DNA of 64,000 nucleotides from Escherichia coli (GTDB lineage Bacteria; Pseudomonadota; Gammaproteobacteria; Enterobacterales; Enterobacteriaceae): NCBI RefSeq assembly GCF_017348835.2, contig NZ_CP071375.1; one strand, 5' to 3'. Shown piece by piece: positions 20,140 to 30,297 of this stretch (position 1 is its first letter; each line of letters starts with the position of its first letter). The notes under the pieces were generated by a model. It saw only the letters and a program-made list of their open reading frames with translations, ran no database searches and was not told where the DNA came from. The position numbers and the translations under genes were made by a program.

Positions 20140-21168
20140 TTATGCAGCAACGCCTTCCGGTATCAGCGAAGCAATTTGCTTACGCCATTGCGCTTGCTCC
20201 TGTTCGCCTTCTGTACGTTGACCATAAAGTTGCGCTATCTGCGTACCATCATGGGCAAACAATTCCAGACTGGTTACGTAGCCATCGCTGGTCGGTTTAC
20301 GGGTAACCCAGGCTTCAGCAATGCTCTCTTCTAATAGATGAAGAGTAAACGTCGGGTTGAAAATATTCAGCCAACCTTTCATTGGCACCACTTTTTCTAC
20401 CACACCGGTGAAAATCTGTACGCAGCCACGGTTGCCAACAAACACCATGATTTCATTACCATCCTGCTGTGCAGATTCAAGAATTTGCGCCAACGCACTG
20501 TTGGATACTTTGCAGGCCAAATCGTCCGCCACCAGATTGAACGCCTGTTGGCGCGTCAGGTTGTGGCGCTTGAGCAACGTAAAAAACTGATGAACGTCGG
20601 TCATCGCCCGCCACTCTTGCTCGACCACACTGGCATCGACTCGCGTTTGAACAACTGGCGCATCAACGGCTTTTAACTCAAGCGGCGTATTCTCATCGGT
20701 GATAAACCGTGCCAGAAGCTCACTCCATGCCGCCATATCGGTATTGTCGGTGGCATAAACTTTTAGTAATGCATCGCCCTGATGATCAAAGAACTGAATA
20801 CTTTGGCGTTCGCCACGAGCCGTGTTTTCTTTGATGTGGAAAACACTGGCCCATTGATTGAGAAACAGACGTAAATCCAGCGCGCGTGGATTGAGGATCA
20901 ATCCGGCATGTCCGTTCAAATGCTGGTTTGTGAACGCACCAACTTGCTCATGGACTGCATATTCATTACGGCAAATACATTTGGTCTCGCCAACACTTTC
21001 GAGCGCCGCCAGAATTTCACGGATATCGCCGCGCATCCGCCACGCATCGTGCGTGACGCGTGCAAATGCCAGTTCTGCTTCTCTAATATTCATTAACCCT
21101 GCGATGTCACGCGCGTACTTTCCGGGATTTTGTTCTTTTAACTCAAGCCAGCGTGTGTAGTGGTTCAT
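20140..21168 (-). CDS. chuS: haem-degrading / haem-binding protein ChuS (HemS family)
   Basis: 342-aa ORF immediately downstream of chuA on the same strand. Confidence 0.9.
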   Translation of the reverse strand: MNHYTRWLELKEQNPGKYARDIAGLMNIREAELAFARVTHDAWRMRGDIREILAALESVGETKCICRNEYAVHEQVGAFTNQHLNGHAGLILNPRALDLRLFLNQWASVFHIKENTARGERQSIQFFDHQGDALLKVYATDNTDMAAWSELLARFITDENTPLELKAVDAPVVQTRVDASVVEQEWRAMTDVHQFFTLLKRHNLTRQQAFNLVADDLACKVSNSALAQILESAQQDGNEIMVFVGNRGCVQIFTGVVEKVVPMKGWLNIFNPTFTLHLLEESIAEAWVTRKPTSDGYVTSLELFAHDGTQIAQLYGQRTEGEQEQAQWRKQIASLIPEGVAA

Positions 21169-21216
21169 TGTCTCTCTTCCTTCCAGATAAATGCCCCTAA
21201 ATATCGGGGCAGATGA

Positions 21217-23199
21217 TTACCATTGATAACTCACGAAAATTTTTCCGTTACGACCATCCTGTGGGATGCCTTGCGGCGACCAGTACTCTTTGTCGAAAGC
21301 GTTACCCAACACCAAAGTAGTGGTCATACCTTTGAGCGCCTGTTGTCCTTGATAACTGACGTAGAAATCATTCACGCCATAGCCTGGTTGTTTGCTGTAA
21401 CTGCTGCTGATATGTGTTGAGCGATCGGCAAACGTACCAACCCACCCAACAGAGAAGCCACTGTGAGCGATCGGAATATTCAGGGTGCTGGTAACGGTAT
21501 CCGGGTTAATGCTGGAGATGTATTCGCCGGTATCGGTGTCTTTGCCGCGGGTACGGTTATAGGCCACATCAAGGCTAAACAGATCAGTGGTATATTTCGT
21601 CATCACATCCCAGCCCCAGATTTTGGCGTTCGGGACGTTATACGACATAGTCGTCGCCGCCGCGAAATCGACGGTCGTGGAGATGTAATCCTTCGCTTTG
21701 GTATCAAAGTAGCTGGCTTTAAATTCCAGAGCATCATTGGACAACATCAGGTCATCAAAACGCAGCCCAAAACCGTACTCCTGAGTTTCGTTAGTTTCCG
21801 GACGTAAGTTCGGGTTTGACACCCAATAGTTGGTATAGAAGCGACCAATCGAGAAGTGCTTAGAATCGTTATACATTTCGCCCATCGTCGGGGCGCGGAA
21901 TGCCTGGGCATATGAGCCAAATAACATCAGCCAGTTAGTCGGATTGATAGTCATCCCCGCACGAGATGACCATTTGTCGGCATCAACATCTTTGTAACCG
22001 TCACTGCTACCGCGATAACTGTCATAGCGGGTTCCGCCAAGCAGGGTAATCGGCAGATCGCGTAAGGTGATCTCATCCTGTAGCCAGCCGGAGCTAAAAT
22101 CGATTTTTGCTTGCGGGAAGCCCGTCGTCGCGCCGCCCGGATGTTGTTCCTGACGATAATACTCACCGCCATATGTCAGTAAGTGAGAAGCGAAACTGTC
22201 GGCAAAGAGAGTGGAACGGTTCTCCAGCCTGGCTCCTTTTGTTATCTGTTCACGATACTCGCCGGAACTCCCCGTGTTTTGCGCATTAATACGGACTTCC
22301 GACCAATAAATTTTTGCATCTGCATTTAACCAGTCGTTGCCCTGCGGGGCGAGTTTATAAGAAAGCTGCGCATCGCGTTGAATTGTTGAACGATCAACCA
22401 TCGGGTTGCTGCTTTCAGAAGCCTCAACGGTCTGCGGATTTTTTGGTTCACGCGCGTCGTTGTTGTAGTAACGCACTAAACCGCTCAGAGACTGGGCTGA
22501 ATCAATTTGCCAGGTCCCTTTCGCCAGCATGTTATTAATGGACTCGTCATTCGGCGCGGTTTCACCATTGCTCTGGCGTAAATCACCCCGATCGCGACTG
22601 GACCAGGCCACAATACCATCCAGATTTTCAGTTCGCCCAAACGCGCTCGCGCCTAATCCCAGGCTATGGTCCCCCGTGCCGCCAGTACCAAAGACACGAA
22701 AACCACTGCTTTGTCCTTCCTGCAATAAATCTTTTGCATCGACCGTATCGTAGGAGATCACTCCACCCAGCGCGCCACTGCCATACAGTAATGCTGAAGG
22801 TCCGCGAACAATCTCAACACGCTTGATCAGCGCCGGATCGAGAAAAGTGCCATTCAGGTGTCCGGTATCCGTTCCCTGGCGAACACCATCGATAAGAACC
22901 AGCACGCCGCGATGATCATAGCCACGCATATTTACATCCTGACCGTTGGTTCGTCCGGTACCATCCAGAGTAATTCCAGGAACATGACGCAGCAGATCGG
23001 TGGCTGAAGTAGCCGTTTGATTTTCAGGAGCGGAAGTGTCGATGACGCTGACCATCATAGGCGCTTCGAAGGAACTACGGGCATTCCCCGTTGCCGTAAC
23101 GGTCATGGTTTCAGTAGCAAAAGCAAACGTTGGCAAGGTGGCAGAAACAGCCAAGGCCAATAAACTCAAACGCAACGAGGTAAATTGCGGACGTGACAT
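21217..23199 (-). CDS. chuA: TonB-dependent outer-membrane haem/haemoglobin receptor ChuA
   Basis: 660-aa ORF with signal peptide, TonB box (ETMTVTA) and C-terminal aromatic residue (...YQW). Confidence 0.95.
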   Translation of the reverse strand: MSRPQFTSLRLSLLALAVSATLPTFAFATETMTVTATGNARSSFEAPMMVSVIDTSAPENQTATSATDLLRHVPGITLDGTGRTNGQDVNMRGYDHRGVLVLIDGVRQGTDTGHLNGTFLDPALIKRVEIVRGPSALLYGSGALGGVISYDTVDAKDLLQEGQSSGFRVFGTGGTGDHSLGLGASAFGRTENLDGIVAWSSRDRGDLRQSNGETAPNDESINNMLAKGTWQIDSAQSLSGLVRYYNNDAREPKNPQTVEASESSNPMVDRSTIQRDAQLSYKLAPQGNDWLNADAKIYWSEVRINAQNTGSSGEYREQITKGARLENRSTLFADSFASHLLTYGGEYYRQEQHPGGATTGFPQAKIDFSSGWLQDEITLRDLPITLLGGTRYDSYRGSSDGYKDVDADKWSSRAGMTINPTNWLMLFGSYAQAFRAPTMGEMYNDSKHFSIGRFYTNYWVSNPNLRPETNETQEYGFGLRFDDLMLSNDALEFKASYFDTKAKDYISTTVDFAAATTMSYNVPNAKIWGWDVMTKYTTDLFSLDVAYNRTRGKDTDTGEYISSINPDTVTSTLNIPIAHSGFSVGWVGTFADRSTHISSSYSKQPGYGVNDFYVSYQGQQALKGMTTTLVLGNAFDKEYWSPQGIPQDGRNGKIFVSYQW

Positions 23200-23203
23200 A
23201 GCG

Positions 23204-23221
23204 ATTCTCCATGAGGAAAAT
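23204..23221 (-). promoter_or_regulatory. candidate FourU-type RNA thermometer hairpin sequestering the chuA Shine-Dalgarno
   Basis: Minus-strand RNA AUUUUCC-UCAU-GGAGAAU: UUUUCC can pair with GGAGAA 6-11 nt upstream of the chuA AUG. Confidence 0.5.
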
Positions 23222-23488
23222 AAAAAATGCTGGCTGCCTGGGTTAATACCGGGGTGGCTGGCGAAAAATAAATTTATTTAAAATTCAGAGCGATAATATT
23301 CGCCGGGTGAGTTTACAGGCGTTTATATCCCATGAAATTGCCTGATAACTCGGCAATTACGCAAAAGCACGCCCTCTTTGTCAGGCAAAACGATATGCCC
23401 CATCAGGAGTGAAGAGAGCTGTGCGTTATCCCTTGCAAATGCTATGGTTTTGTTATCCATATGGTCGTGTTTTGTTAAATGCAAACGT

Positions 23489-23507
23489 GATAATGAGAAT
23501 TATTATC
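23489..23507. promoter_or_regulatory. Fur box (chuA promoter, about 290 nt upstream of the chuA start)
   Basis: gataatgagaattattatc matches GATAATGATAATCATTATC at 17 of 19 positions. Confidence 0.65.
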
Positions 23508-23839
23508 GATCAATTTTTTATGATCAAGTTTTTTTTTAACCACCATTAACACAATAAACAGGGGGTTATGAAACCTATCCTGCGCCCTGTAAACCACCTT
23601 GTTTTTATGGTTATCCCCCCATGCCTCATCACTAAATTTTGTCGTTAACAGTGATAATTTTTTCTTCTCTTTGCTCTGCAAGCCTCGATATCTCTGGGTT
23701 CTCAGCTTTTTCCTGCGATGAAATTTAGTCGGTAACAAGAACGTTAGCTGACGAAGCATCTTGATAAAAATCAAAAATAAATACGCTTGTAACGCCTTGC
23801 GTATTGAATCGACGGTTGTATTTCATATATAACTCAAAT

Positions 23840-23858
23840 GATAATCATGATCATTCTC
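23840..23858. promoter_or_regulatory. Fur box (chuT promoter)
   Basis: gataatcatgatcattctc matches the Fur consensus at 16 of 19 positions; about 25 nt upstream of the chuT ATG. Confidence 0.65.
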
Positions 23859-23881
23859 AATTTGATAAGAGTTCTCATATT

Positions 23882-24796
23882 ATGCCAAGGATCATCACCA
23901 GGCCGTTTCTTTTTTCCCCACTGACGTTATGTATTTCAGCCGTGGCCTCTGCCGCGAAGAGCACGGTAAAACGAAAAAAATTGTTTACGGCAGTACTGGC
24001 TCTTAGCTGGGCTTTTAGCGTAACGGCTGCCGAACGTATCGTGGTCGCAGGAGGATCGCTGACGGAGCTAATCTACGCGATGGGCGCTGGCGAACGCGTG
24101 GTTGGTGTCGATGAAACGACATCTTATCCACCAGAAACCGCCAAACTGCCGCATATTGGCTACTGGAAACAACTCAGCAGCGAAGGCATTTTGTCACTTC
24201 GCCCGGATAGCGTAATTACCTGGCAGGATGCTGGACCGCAAATTGTGCTCGACCAACTACGGGCGCAGAAAGTCAACGTCGTTACCCTGCCGCGTGTGCC
24301 TGCCACCCTTGAGCAGATGTACGCCAACATTCGCCAACTGGCAAAAACGTTACAGGTTCCTGAACAAGGGGACGCGCTGGTGATACAGATCAACCAACGC
24401 CTGGAGCGAGTACAGCAAAACGTGGCAGCCAAAAAAGCCCCGGTTAAAGCCATGTTTATTCTCTCCGCAGGCGGAAGTGCGCCACAAGTTGCCGGTAAAG
24501 GCAGCGTCGCGGACGCCATTCTTTCGCTTGCCGGAGCAGAAAACGTCGCTACCCACCAGCAGTACAAAAGCTACAGTGCAGAATCACTGATTGCGGCTAA
24601 CCCTGAAGTGATTGTCATAACCTCACAAATGGTCGATGGCGATATTAATCGGCTACGTTCTATTGCTGGAATTACCCACACTGCCGCATGGAAAAACCAG
24701 CGCATTATCACCGTTGATCAAAACCTGATTCTGGGAATGGGTCCGCGTATTGCTGATGTCGTTGAGTCTTTACACCAGCAGCTTTGGCCGCAATAA
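23882..24796 (+). CDS. chuT: periplasmic haem-binding protein ChuT
   Basis: ORF 23804..24796 trimmed to ATG at 23882 (304 aa) with signal peptide; class III periplasmic binding protein. Confidence 0.85.
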   Translation: MPRIITRPFLFSPLTLCISAVASAAKSTVKRKKLFTAVLALSWAFSVTAAERIVVAGGSLTELIYAMGAGERVVGVDETTSYPPETAKLPHIGYWKQLSSEGILSLRPDSVITWQDAGPQIVLDQLRAQKVNVVTLPRVPATLEQMYANIRQLAKTLQVPEQGDALVIQINQRLERVQQNVAAKKAPVKAMFILSAGGSAPQVAGKGSVADAILSLAGAENVATHQQYKSYSAESLIAANPEVIVITSQMVDGDINRLRSIAGITHTAAWKNQRIITVDQNLILGMGPRIADVVESLHQQLWPQ

Positions 24797-24815
24797 ATGG
24801 ATTTAAATCAGACGA

Positions 24816-26153
24816 ATGAACGCAAATAACACCCTGGATCTCACGCCACATTTTGCTTTAGACGGTGATCAGCCATTTAAAGACAGGCGCGCCATGATGC
24901 CGTTTCGTGGAGCCATTCCGGTTGCCAAAGAGCAACTGGCACAGACCTGGCAAGAGATGATCAATCAAACGGTATCACCACGTAAGCGACTGGTTTACCT
25001 ACACATTCCTTTTTGTGCGACACACTGCACGTTTTGTGGCTTTTATCAGAACCGTTTTAATGAAGATGCGTGTGCTGATTATACCGACGCCCTGATTCGT
25101 GAAATAGAAATGGAAGCGGACAGCGTATTGCATCAGTCTGCCCCCATCCACGCGGTCTATTTCGGTGGCGGCACGCCTTCCGCGCTTTCGGCACACGATT
25201 TGGCCAGAATTATCAACACATTACGAGAAAAGCTGCCACTGGCCCCTGATTGTGAAATCACTATCGAAGGCCGGGTACTGAATTTTGACGCTGAGCGAAT
25301 CGATGCTTGTCTTGATGCAGGAGCAAACCGCTTCTCAATTGGTATCCAGTCGTTTAACAGCAAAATCCGCAAGAAAATGGCCCGCACCTCGGATGGCCCA
25401 ACCGCCATTGCGTTTATGGAAAGCCTGGTCAAACGTGACCGTGCTGCGGTGGTCTGTGACCTGCTGTTTGGCCTGCCGGGTCAGGATGCGCAAACCTGGG
25501 GAGAAGATCTGGCTATTGCCCGCGATATCGGTCTCGATGGCGTCGATCTCTATGCGCTCAATGTCCTGCCCAATACACCGCTGGGCAAAGCCGTGGAAAA
25601 TGGGCGTACTACCGTGCCCTCTCCGGCAGAACGTCGCGATCTTTATCTGCAAGGGTGTGACTTCATGGACGAAGCCGGTTGGCGCTGTATTAGTAACAGC
25701 CACTGGGGCCGTACCACACGCGAACGCAATCTCTATAACCTGCTGATAAAACAAGGTGCCGATTGTCTGGCCTTTGGTTCCGGAGCCGGCGGTTCGATTA
25801 ATGGTTACTCCTGGATGAACGAACGCAATCTTCAGACCTGGCATGAATCCGTCGCGGCAGGCAAAAAACCGCTGATAATGATCATGCGTAACGCCGAACG
25901 TAATGCGCAATGGCGTCATACCTTGCAGTCAGGTGTTGAAACAGCGCGTGTACCGCTGGATGAACTTACGCCACATGCCGAAAAACTCGCGCCGTTACTG
26001 GCTCAATGGCACCAAAAAGGCTTAAGTCGCGATGCTTCAACTTGCCTGCGGCTGACTAATGAAGGTCGTTTCTGGGCAAGCAATATTTTGCAGTCTCTTA
26101 ATGAACTAATTCAGGTACTTAATGCGCCAGCGATTGTGCGTGAAAAACCATAA
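24816..26153 (+). CDS. chuW: radical SAM haem-utilisation enzyme ChuW (HemN-like)
   Basis: 445-aa ORF with CxxxCxxC motif (FCATHCTFCGF). Confidence 0.9.
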   Translation: MNANNTLDLTPHFALDGDQPFKDRRAMMPFRGAIPVAKEQLAQTWQEMINQTVSPRKRLVYLHIPFCATHCTFCGFYQNRFNEDACADYTDALIREIEMEADSVLHQSAPIHAVYFGGGTPSALSAHDLARIINTLREKLPLAPDCEITIEGRVLNFDAERIDACLDAGANRFSIGIQSFNSKIRKKMARTSDGPTAIAFMESLVKRDRAAVVCDLLFGLPGQDAQTWGEDLAIARDIGLDGVDLYALNVLPNTPLGKAVENGRTTVPSPAERRDLYLQGCDFMDEAGWRCISNSHWGRTTRERNLYNLLIKQGADCLAFGSGAGGSINGYSWMNERNLQTWHESVAAGKKPLIMIMRNAERNAQWRHTLQSGVETARVPLDELTPHAEKLAPLLAQWHQKGLSRDASTCLRLTNEGRFWASNILQSLNELIQVLNAPAIVREKP

Positions 26154-26165
26154 CAGGAGTGATTT

Positions 26166-26660
26166 ATGAGCCATGTCTCGTTACAAGAATTTTTGAAAAC
26201 GGAGCCGGACGGTACGCTGGAGGTGGTAGCCGAACAATACAACACCACACTGCTGGAGGTAGTGAGAAATCTACCCTCCTCTACCGTAGTGCCAGGCGAT
26301 AAATTCGATACTGTCTGGGATACCGTCTGCGAATGGGGCAACGTCACCACGTTAGTACATACTGCCGATGTAATCCTCGAATTTAGCGGCGAACTGCCTT
26401 CGGGTTTCCATCGCCACGGCTATTTCAACCTACGCGGAAAGCACGGCATGTCCGGGCATATCAAAGCAGAAAACTGCACGCATATTGCCTTAATCGAACG
26501 TAAATTTATGGGCATGGACACCGCGTCCATTCTCTTTTTCAACAAAGAAGGCAGCGCCATGCTGAAAATCTTCCTCGGCAGGGATGACCATCGTCAGCTC
26601 CTGAGCGAACAAGTCAGCGCCTTCCATACTCTGGCGGCATCGTTAAAGGAACACGCCTGA
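26166..26660 (+). CDS. chuX: haem utilisation protein ChuX
   Basis: 164-aa ORF; position in chuTWXY operon. Confidence 0.85.
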   Translation: MSHVSLQEFLKTEPDGTLEVVAEQYNTTLLEVVRNLPSSTVVPGDKFDTVWDTVCEWGNVTTLVHTADVILEFSGELPSGFHRHGYFNLRGKHGMSGHIKAENCTHIALIERKFMGMDTASILFFNKEGSAMLKIFLGRDDHRQLLSEQVSAFHTLAASLKEHA

Positions 26661-27283
26661 TGACGCCGTGGCTACTCTTTGGCGCAGGCGGAAAAGGTGT
26701 GGGTGCCAGAACGCTTGAACTGGCACTGGCGGAACAACGTCCGGTCGTTGCTGTCATTCGTCATGCCGATGCCGCCACGAAACTGGCGCAACAAGGCGTA
26801 CAGGTTTTTACAGGCGACGCCTGTGATGCCAGCGTAGTCGCGGCTGCTTGCCGCGCAGCTGGCCCGGATGCGCTTATCATCTCAACAATGGGAGGAGCTC
26901 AGGATTATCTGGCGCACAGAACAGTGATTGATGAGGCCGAAAAGGCAGGCATCAGTCGCATGATTCTGGTGACTTCTTTGGGATGCGGCGATAGTTGGCC
27001 GTTCTTATCGGATCGGGCAAAAGCCGCGTTTGGTCAGGCGGTGCGCGAAAAGACACTGGCGGAAAGCTGGCTGCAAACCAGCCAGCTAGACTACGCCATT
27101 CTCCGCCCTGGTGGTCTGCTTGACGGCGCAGCAACAGGCAAAGCACAACGGGTACAAAATCAGGAGTGTCATGGTTTTGTCCGCCGTGCCGATGTCGCTG
27201 CACACATTCATGAACTGGCAAACGCGCCAGCACTCAACAAGCAGATCTACAGTCTGATTGAACCTGACCTGAAACCGGCGTAA
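26660..27283 (+). CDS. chuY: NAD(P)-dependent reductase ChuY
   Basis: 207-aa ORF with N-terminal Rossmann-like LLFGAGGKGVG; start overlaps the chuX stop by 1 nt. Confidence 0.85.
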   Translation: MTPWLLFGAGGKGVGARTLELALAEQRPVVAVIRHADAATKLAQQGVQVFTGDACDASVVAAACRAAGPDALIISTMGGAQDYLAHRTVIDEAEKAGISRMILVTSLGCGDSWPFLSDRAKAAFGQAVREKTLAESWLQTSQLDYAILRPGGLLDGAATGKAQRVQNQECHGFVRRADVAAHIHELANAPALNKQIYSLIEPDLKPA

Positions 27284-27333
27284 TCCCATGCGGCGCAGAC
27301 TCTCCGCGCCGCAACGTCATAACGGAGTTTTGC

Positions 27334-28326
27334 GTGCTCAAGGATTCATTTTCATCCGCCAGGGTCTTTATGGGGCTATCACTATTATTGCTTGCCCTGG
27401 TGCTGTTCGGTGCCAGTCAGGGAGCGTTAAAGATCAGTTTTGATGCCCTTTTTGATGAGGAATACCGCGATATCTGGCTCAATATTCGTCTACCACGGGT
27501 TTTGCTGGCGGTGCTGGTAGGTGCAGCGTTGGCAACCGCAGGGGTAATTATGCAGGGGCTTTTTCGTAACCCAATGGCTGACCCAGGATTACTTGGCGTC
27601 AGTAGCGGTTCTGCATTAATGGTTGGCGTTGCTATTGTGCTGCCCTTCTCCTTCCCAGTGGTTCTGGTGCTCTATGAGCAAATGGTGTTTGCCATTGCCG
27701 GAAGTTTAGTAGTCTGCACCATCATTTTTCTCATCACGCAGCGCCATCGCGATGGCAGCATGATGCAATTATTACTCGCCGGTATCGCCATCAATGCCCT
27801 GTGCGGCGCAGCGATCGGCATCCTGAGCTATATCGGCGATGAGCAGCAGCTACGACAACTCACATTGTGGATGATGGGCAATCTTGGACAGGCGCAATGG
27901 CCGACGTTATTGGTTGCCAGTTCATTCATCCTACCGGCCATTATCGCAACAACTTGTCTCGCCGGAACGCTGAATTTACTGCAGCTCGGTGATGAAGAAG
28001 CCCATTACCTCGGCGTGAACGTTAAGCGTAAACGCCAGCAATTACTGTTAGTGAGCTCACTGCTCGTTGGTGCTGCCGTATCGGTAAGCGGCATTATCGG
28101 CTTTATTGGCCTGGTGATCCCGCATCTGATTCGCATGACTACCGGAGCAAATCACCGCTGGCTAATCCCTTGTTCCGCCCTCGCCGGGGCCTGTTTATTG
28201 CTGATGGCTGACACGCTTGCCCGCACGCTGGTACAGCCAGCAGAAATGCCCGTGGGATTATTAACCAGCCTGCTTGGTGGCCCTTATTTTATGTGGTTGA
28301 TTCTGCGAAATCGGAGGATCACATGA
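27334..28326 (+). CDS. chuU: haem ABC transporter permease ChuU
   Basis: 330-aa polytopic membrane ORF (FecCD family). Confidence 0.9.
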   Translation: MLKDSFSSARVFMGLSLLLLALVLFGASQGALKISFDALFDEEYRDIWLNIRLPRVLLAVLVGAALATAGVIMQGLFRNPMADPGLLGVSSGSALMVGVAIVLPFSFPVVLVLYEQMVFAIAGSLVVCTIIFLITQRHRDGSMMQLLLAGIAINALCGAAIGILSYIGDEQQLRQLTLWMMGNLGQAQWPTLLVASSFILPAIIATTCLAGTLNLLQLGDEEAHYLGVNVKRKRQQLLLVSSLLVGAAVSVSGIIGFIGLVIPHLIRMTTGANHRWLIPCSALAGACLLLMADTLARTLVQPAEMPVGLLTSLLGGPYFMWLILRNRRIT

Positions 28327-29093
28327 TCAGCGCCCAGAATCTGGTTTATAGCCTTCAGGGGCGGCGTCTGACTGATAATGTCTCGCTGACTTTTCCCGGT
28401 GGGGAAATTGTTGCCATTCTCGGCCCTAATGGTGCGGGAAAATCTACGCTGCTTCGCCAGTTAACCGGCTATCTTCAACCTGATAGCGGCGAATGTCGGT
28501 TGTTTAATAAGCCATTAAATGAGTGGTCGATTACTGAACTGGCGAAACACCGGGCCGTGATGCGTCAAAATAGCCACATGGCGTTTCCATTCAGCGTACA
28601 AGAAGTTATCCAGATGGGTCGGCATCCGCATCGTACTGGTAATCAGGATAATGAAACAGCACAAATAATGGCGTTATGTGACTGTCAGGCGTTAGCAAAC
28701 CGCGACTATCGGCAATTATCCGGTGGTGAACAACAGCGCGTGCAATTAGCGCGCCTGCTGGTGCAACTCTGGGAACCTACTCCCTCACCGAAATGGTTAT
28801 TTCTTGATGAACCAACTTCGGCGCTGGATATTCACCATCAGCAGCACTTGTTCCGTTTATTACGCCAGTTAGTTCACGAACGGCAGTTCAATGTTTGCTG
28901 CGTATTGCACGATCTAAATCTTGCCGCGCGTTATGCAGACCGTATTGTATTAATGCAAAAAGGAAAGGTTATCGCAAATGGTAAACCGCAGGACGTATTG
29001 ACACAGCAGGCGCTGACAATGCTCTACGGCGCGGATATTACCGTACTTAAAGATCCTGCCAACCATTCACCACTGATCGTCCTCGATCATTAA
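28323..29093 (+). CDS. chuV: haem ABC transporter ATP-binding protein ChuV/HmuV
   Basis: ORF trimmed to ATG at 28323 (ggagga RBS; ATGA overlap with chuU stop); Walker [10 protein letters not shown], signature LSGGEQQR. Confidence 0.9.
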   Translation: MISAQNLVYSLQGRRLTDNVSLTFPGGEIVAILGPNGAGKSTLLRQLTGYLQPDSGECRLFNKPLNEWSITELAKHRAVMRQNSHMAFPFSVQEVIQMGRHPHRTGNQDNETAQIMALCDCQALANRDYRQLSGGEQQRVQLARLLVQLWEPTPSPKWLFLDEPTSALDIHHQQHLFRLLRQLVHERQFNVCCVLHDLNLAARYADRIVLMQKGKVIANGKPQDVLTQQALTMLYGADITVLKDPANHSPLIVLDH

Positions 29094-29102
29094 AAGCAAC
29101 AG

Positions 29103-29127
29103 GAGTACCGCACTGGTACTCCTGCGA
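29103..29127. terminator. hairpin between convergent chuV and yhiD
   Basis: caggagtaccg...cggtactcctg palindrome. Confidence 0.5.
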
Positions 29128-29144
29128 ATAAATAACTATACAGA

Positions 29145-29792
29145 TTAGCTAATTGAAACGCCTTTCACCCCTGCCATACCTTTTAATAATCGCAACAGAT
29201 CTTCTATCGACGTTGTGGCATGAAGCTGGATATCAATGGCGACCACTTCATGATCTTCATTTTCCTGCAACGAAACTAAATCAGTTTTTATTTTTTGCTG
29301 CTTAAACCAGTCGAGCATTGATACCGTATTACCGTTCACTAATGTCAGCTGTAAATGGTAATTTTTGTTCATCAGGCGGAAGGTTAATTGATGGAAGACT
29401 TCCAGCACCAGCAAGGTCATCACTGAACCATAAATACCCAGTTCGTACATACCACTGCCAATAACCATACCTATGGCGGCGGTCACCCAGATATCCGCTG
29501 CCGTCGTCAAACCTACAATATTTTGGTTACGAACGAGAATGTTACCTGCACCGATAAACCCGACGCCCGTCACCACCTGAGCAGCAATACGGCTGGGGTC
29601 CAGTCCGACGTGATCTAAAGACAGTACGTCAGCAAAACCATATTTCGAAACAATCATAAACAGGGCGCTTCCCATGCCAATTAATACATGTGTGCGTAAC
29701 CCTGCTCCTTTGCCGCGCATTTGCCTTTCCATGCCAATAGCGCCACAGGCAATTGCCGCGAGTATAAGACGTATAATAAATTCTGCTGTCAT
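29145..29792 (-). CDS. yhiD: MgtC-family inner membrane protein YhiD
   Basis: Track ORF starts at a TTG (29804); trimmed to ATG at 29792 (MTAEFIIRLILAAIACGAIGMERQ...), 215 aa. Confidence 0.85.
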   Translation of the reverse strand: MTAEFIIRLILAAIACGAIGMERQMRGKGAGLRTHVLIGMGSALFMIVSKYGFADVLSLDHVGLDPSRIAAQVVTGVGFIGAGNILVRNQNIVGLTTAADIWVTAAIGMVIGSGMYELGIYGSVMTLLVLEVFHQLTFRLMNKNYHLQLTLVNGNTVSMLDWFKQQKIKTDLVSLQENEDHEVVAIDIQLHATTSIEDLLRLLKGMAGVKGVSIS

Positions 29793-29799
29793 ATAAAAA

Positions 29800-29842
29800 T
29801 GCAAAAAGGAGCAGCAAGATGGCTCAACTTGCTACTCCTTTT
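29800..29842 (-). terminator. rho-independent terminator after hdeB
   Basis: On the minus strand aaggagtagcaag...cttgctgctcctt followed by tttttgcattttt. Confidence 0.55.
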
Positions 29843-29855
29843 TACTTGTACCTCA

Positions 29856-30182
29856 TTAATTCGGCAAGTCATTAGATGCTTGATTTTTGAAGGTATACAA
29901 ATTTTTCTGCGGGTTTTTCTTGCAGTATTCGATCACTTTAGGAATTTGAGTGAGATCGGTTTCATTTAAAGTAACGGTATCGCCACCTTTATATACTGTT
30001 TCTTCATGCAGCATCCACCATGCAACCGGGGTCATTGCTTTTGGATTCAGATCAATAAATTCCTGGCAGGTCATATCTTTAGCGGATTCATTGGCTGCCA
30101 GCGCAGATTGTGCGTTCACCAGTGACAAAGCCGCTACAGCGCCCATAAAAATAAACGCTTTACGGAGAGATGAAATATTCAT
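29856..30182 (-). CDS. hdeB: periplasmic acid-stress chaperone HdeB
   Basis: Trimmed to ATG at 30182 (MNISSLRKAFIFMGAVAALSLVNA...), 108 aa. Confidence 0.9.
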   Translation of the reverse strand: MNISSLRKAFIFMGAVAALSLVNAQSALAANESAKDMTCQEFIDLNPKAMTPVAWWMLHEETVYKGGDTVTLNETDLTQIPKVIEYCKKNPQKNLYTFKNQASNDLPN

Positions 30183-30297
30183 TTTGTAACCCATTCAATA
30201 TAGAGATTATATATGAACAGGAGGAATAGCTGCTTTTAAAGAAGATATTCCGGCCTGTTCAATATGCAAGGAAGTACGATGTAACGCATTCCCGGAA

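Larger units (their letters stand above)
20080..29144. other. chu haem-uptake/utilisation genomic island (about 9 kb) between dctR and yhiD
   Basis: Eight contiguous chu genes lie where K-12 has dctR directly followed by yhiD; both flanks are acid-fitness-island genes. Confidence 0.85.

Noticed and set aside
23475-23774. 99-aa minus-strand ORF in the chuA-chuT intergenic region
   Set aside because: Lies in the divergent promoter/leader region carrying the Fur boxes; Lys-rich low-complexity product and no RBS; more likely non-coding.
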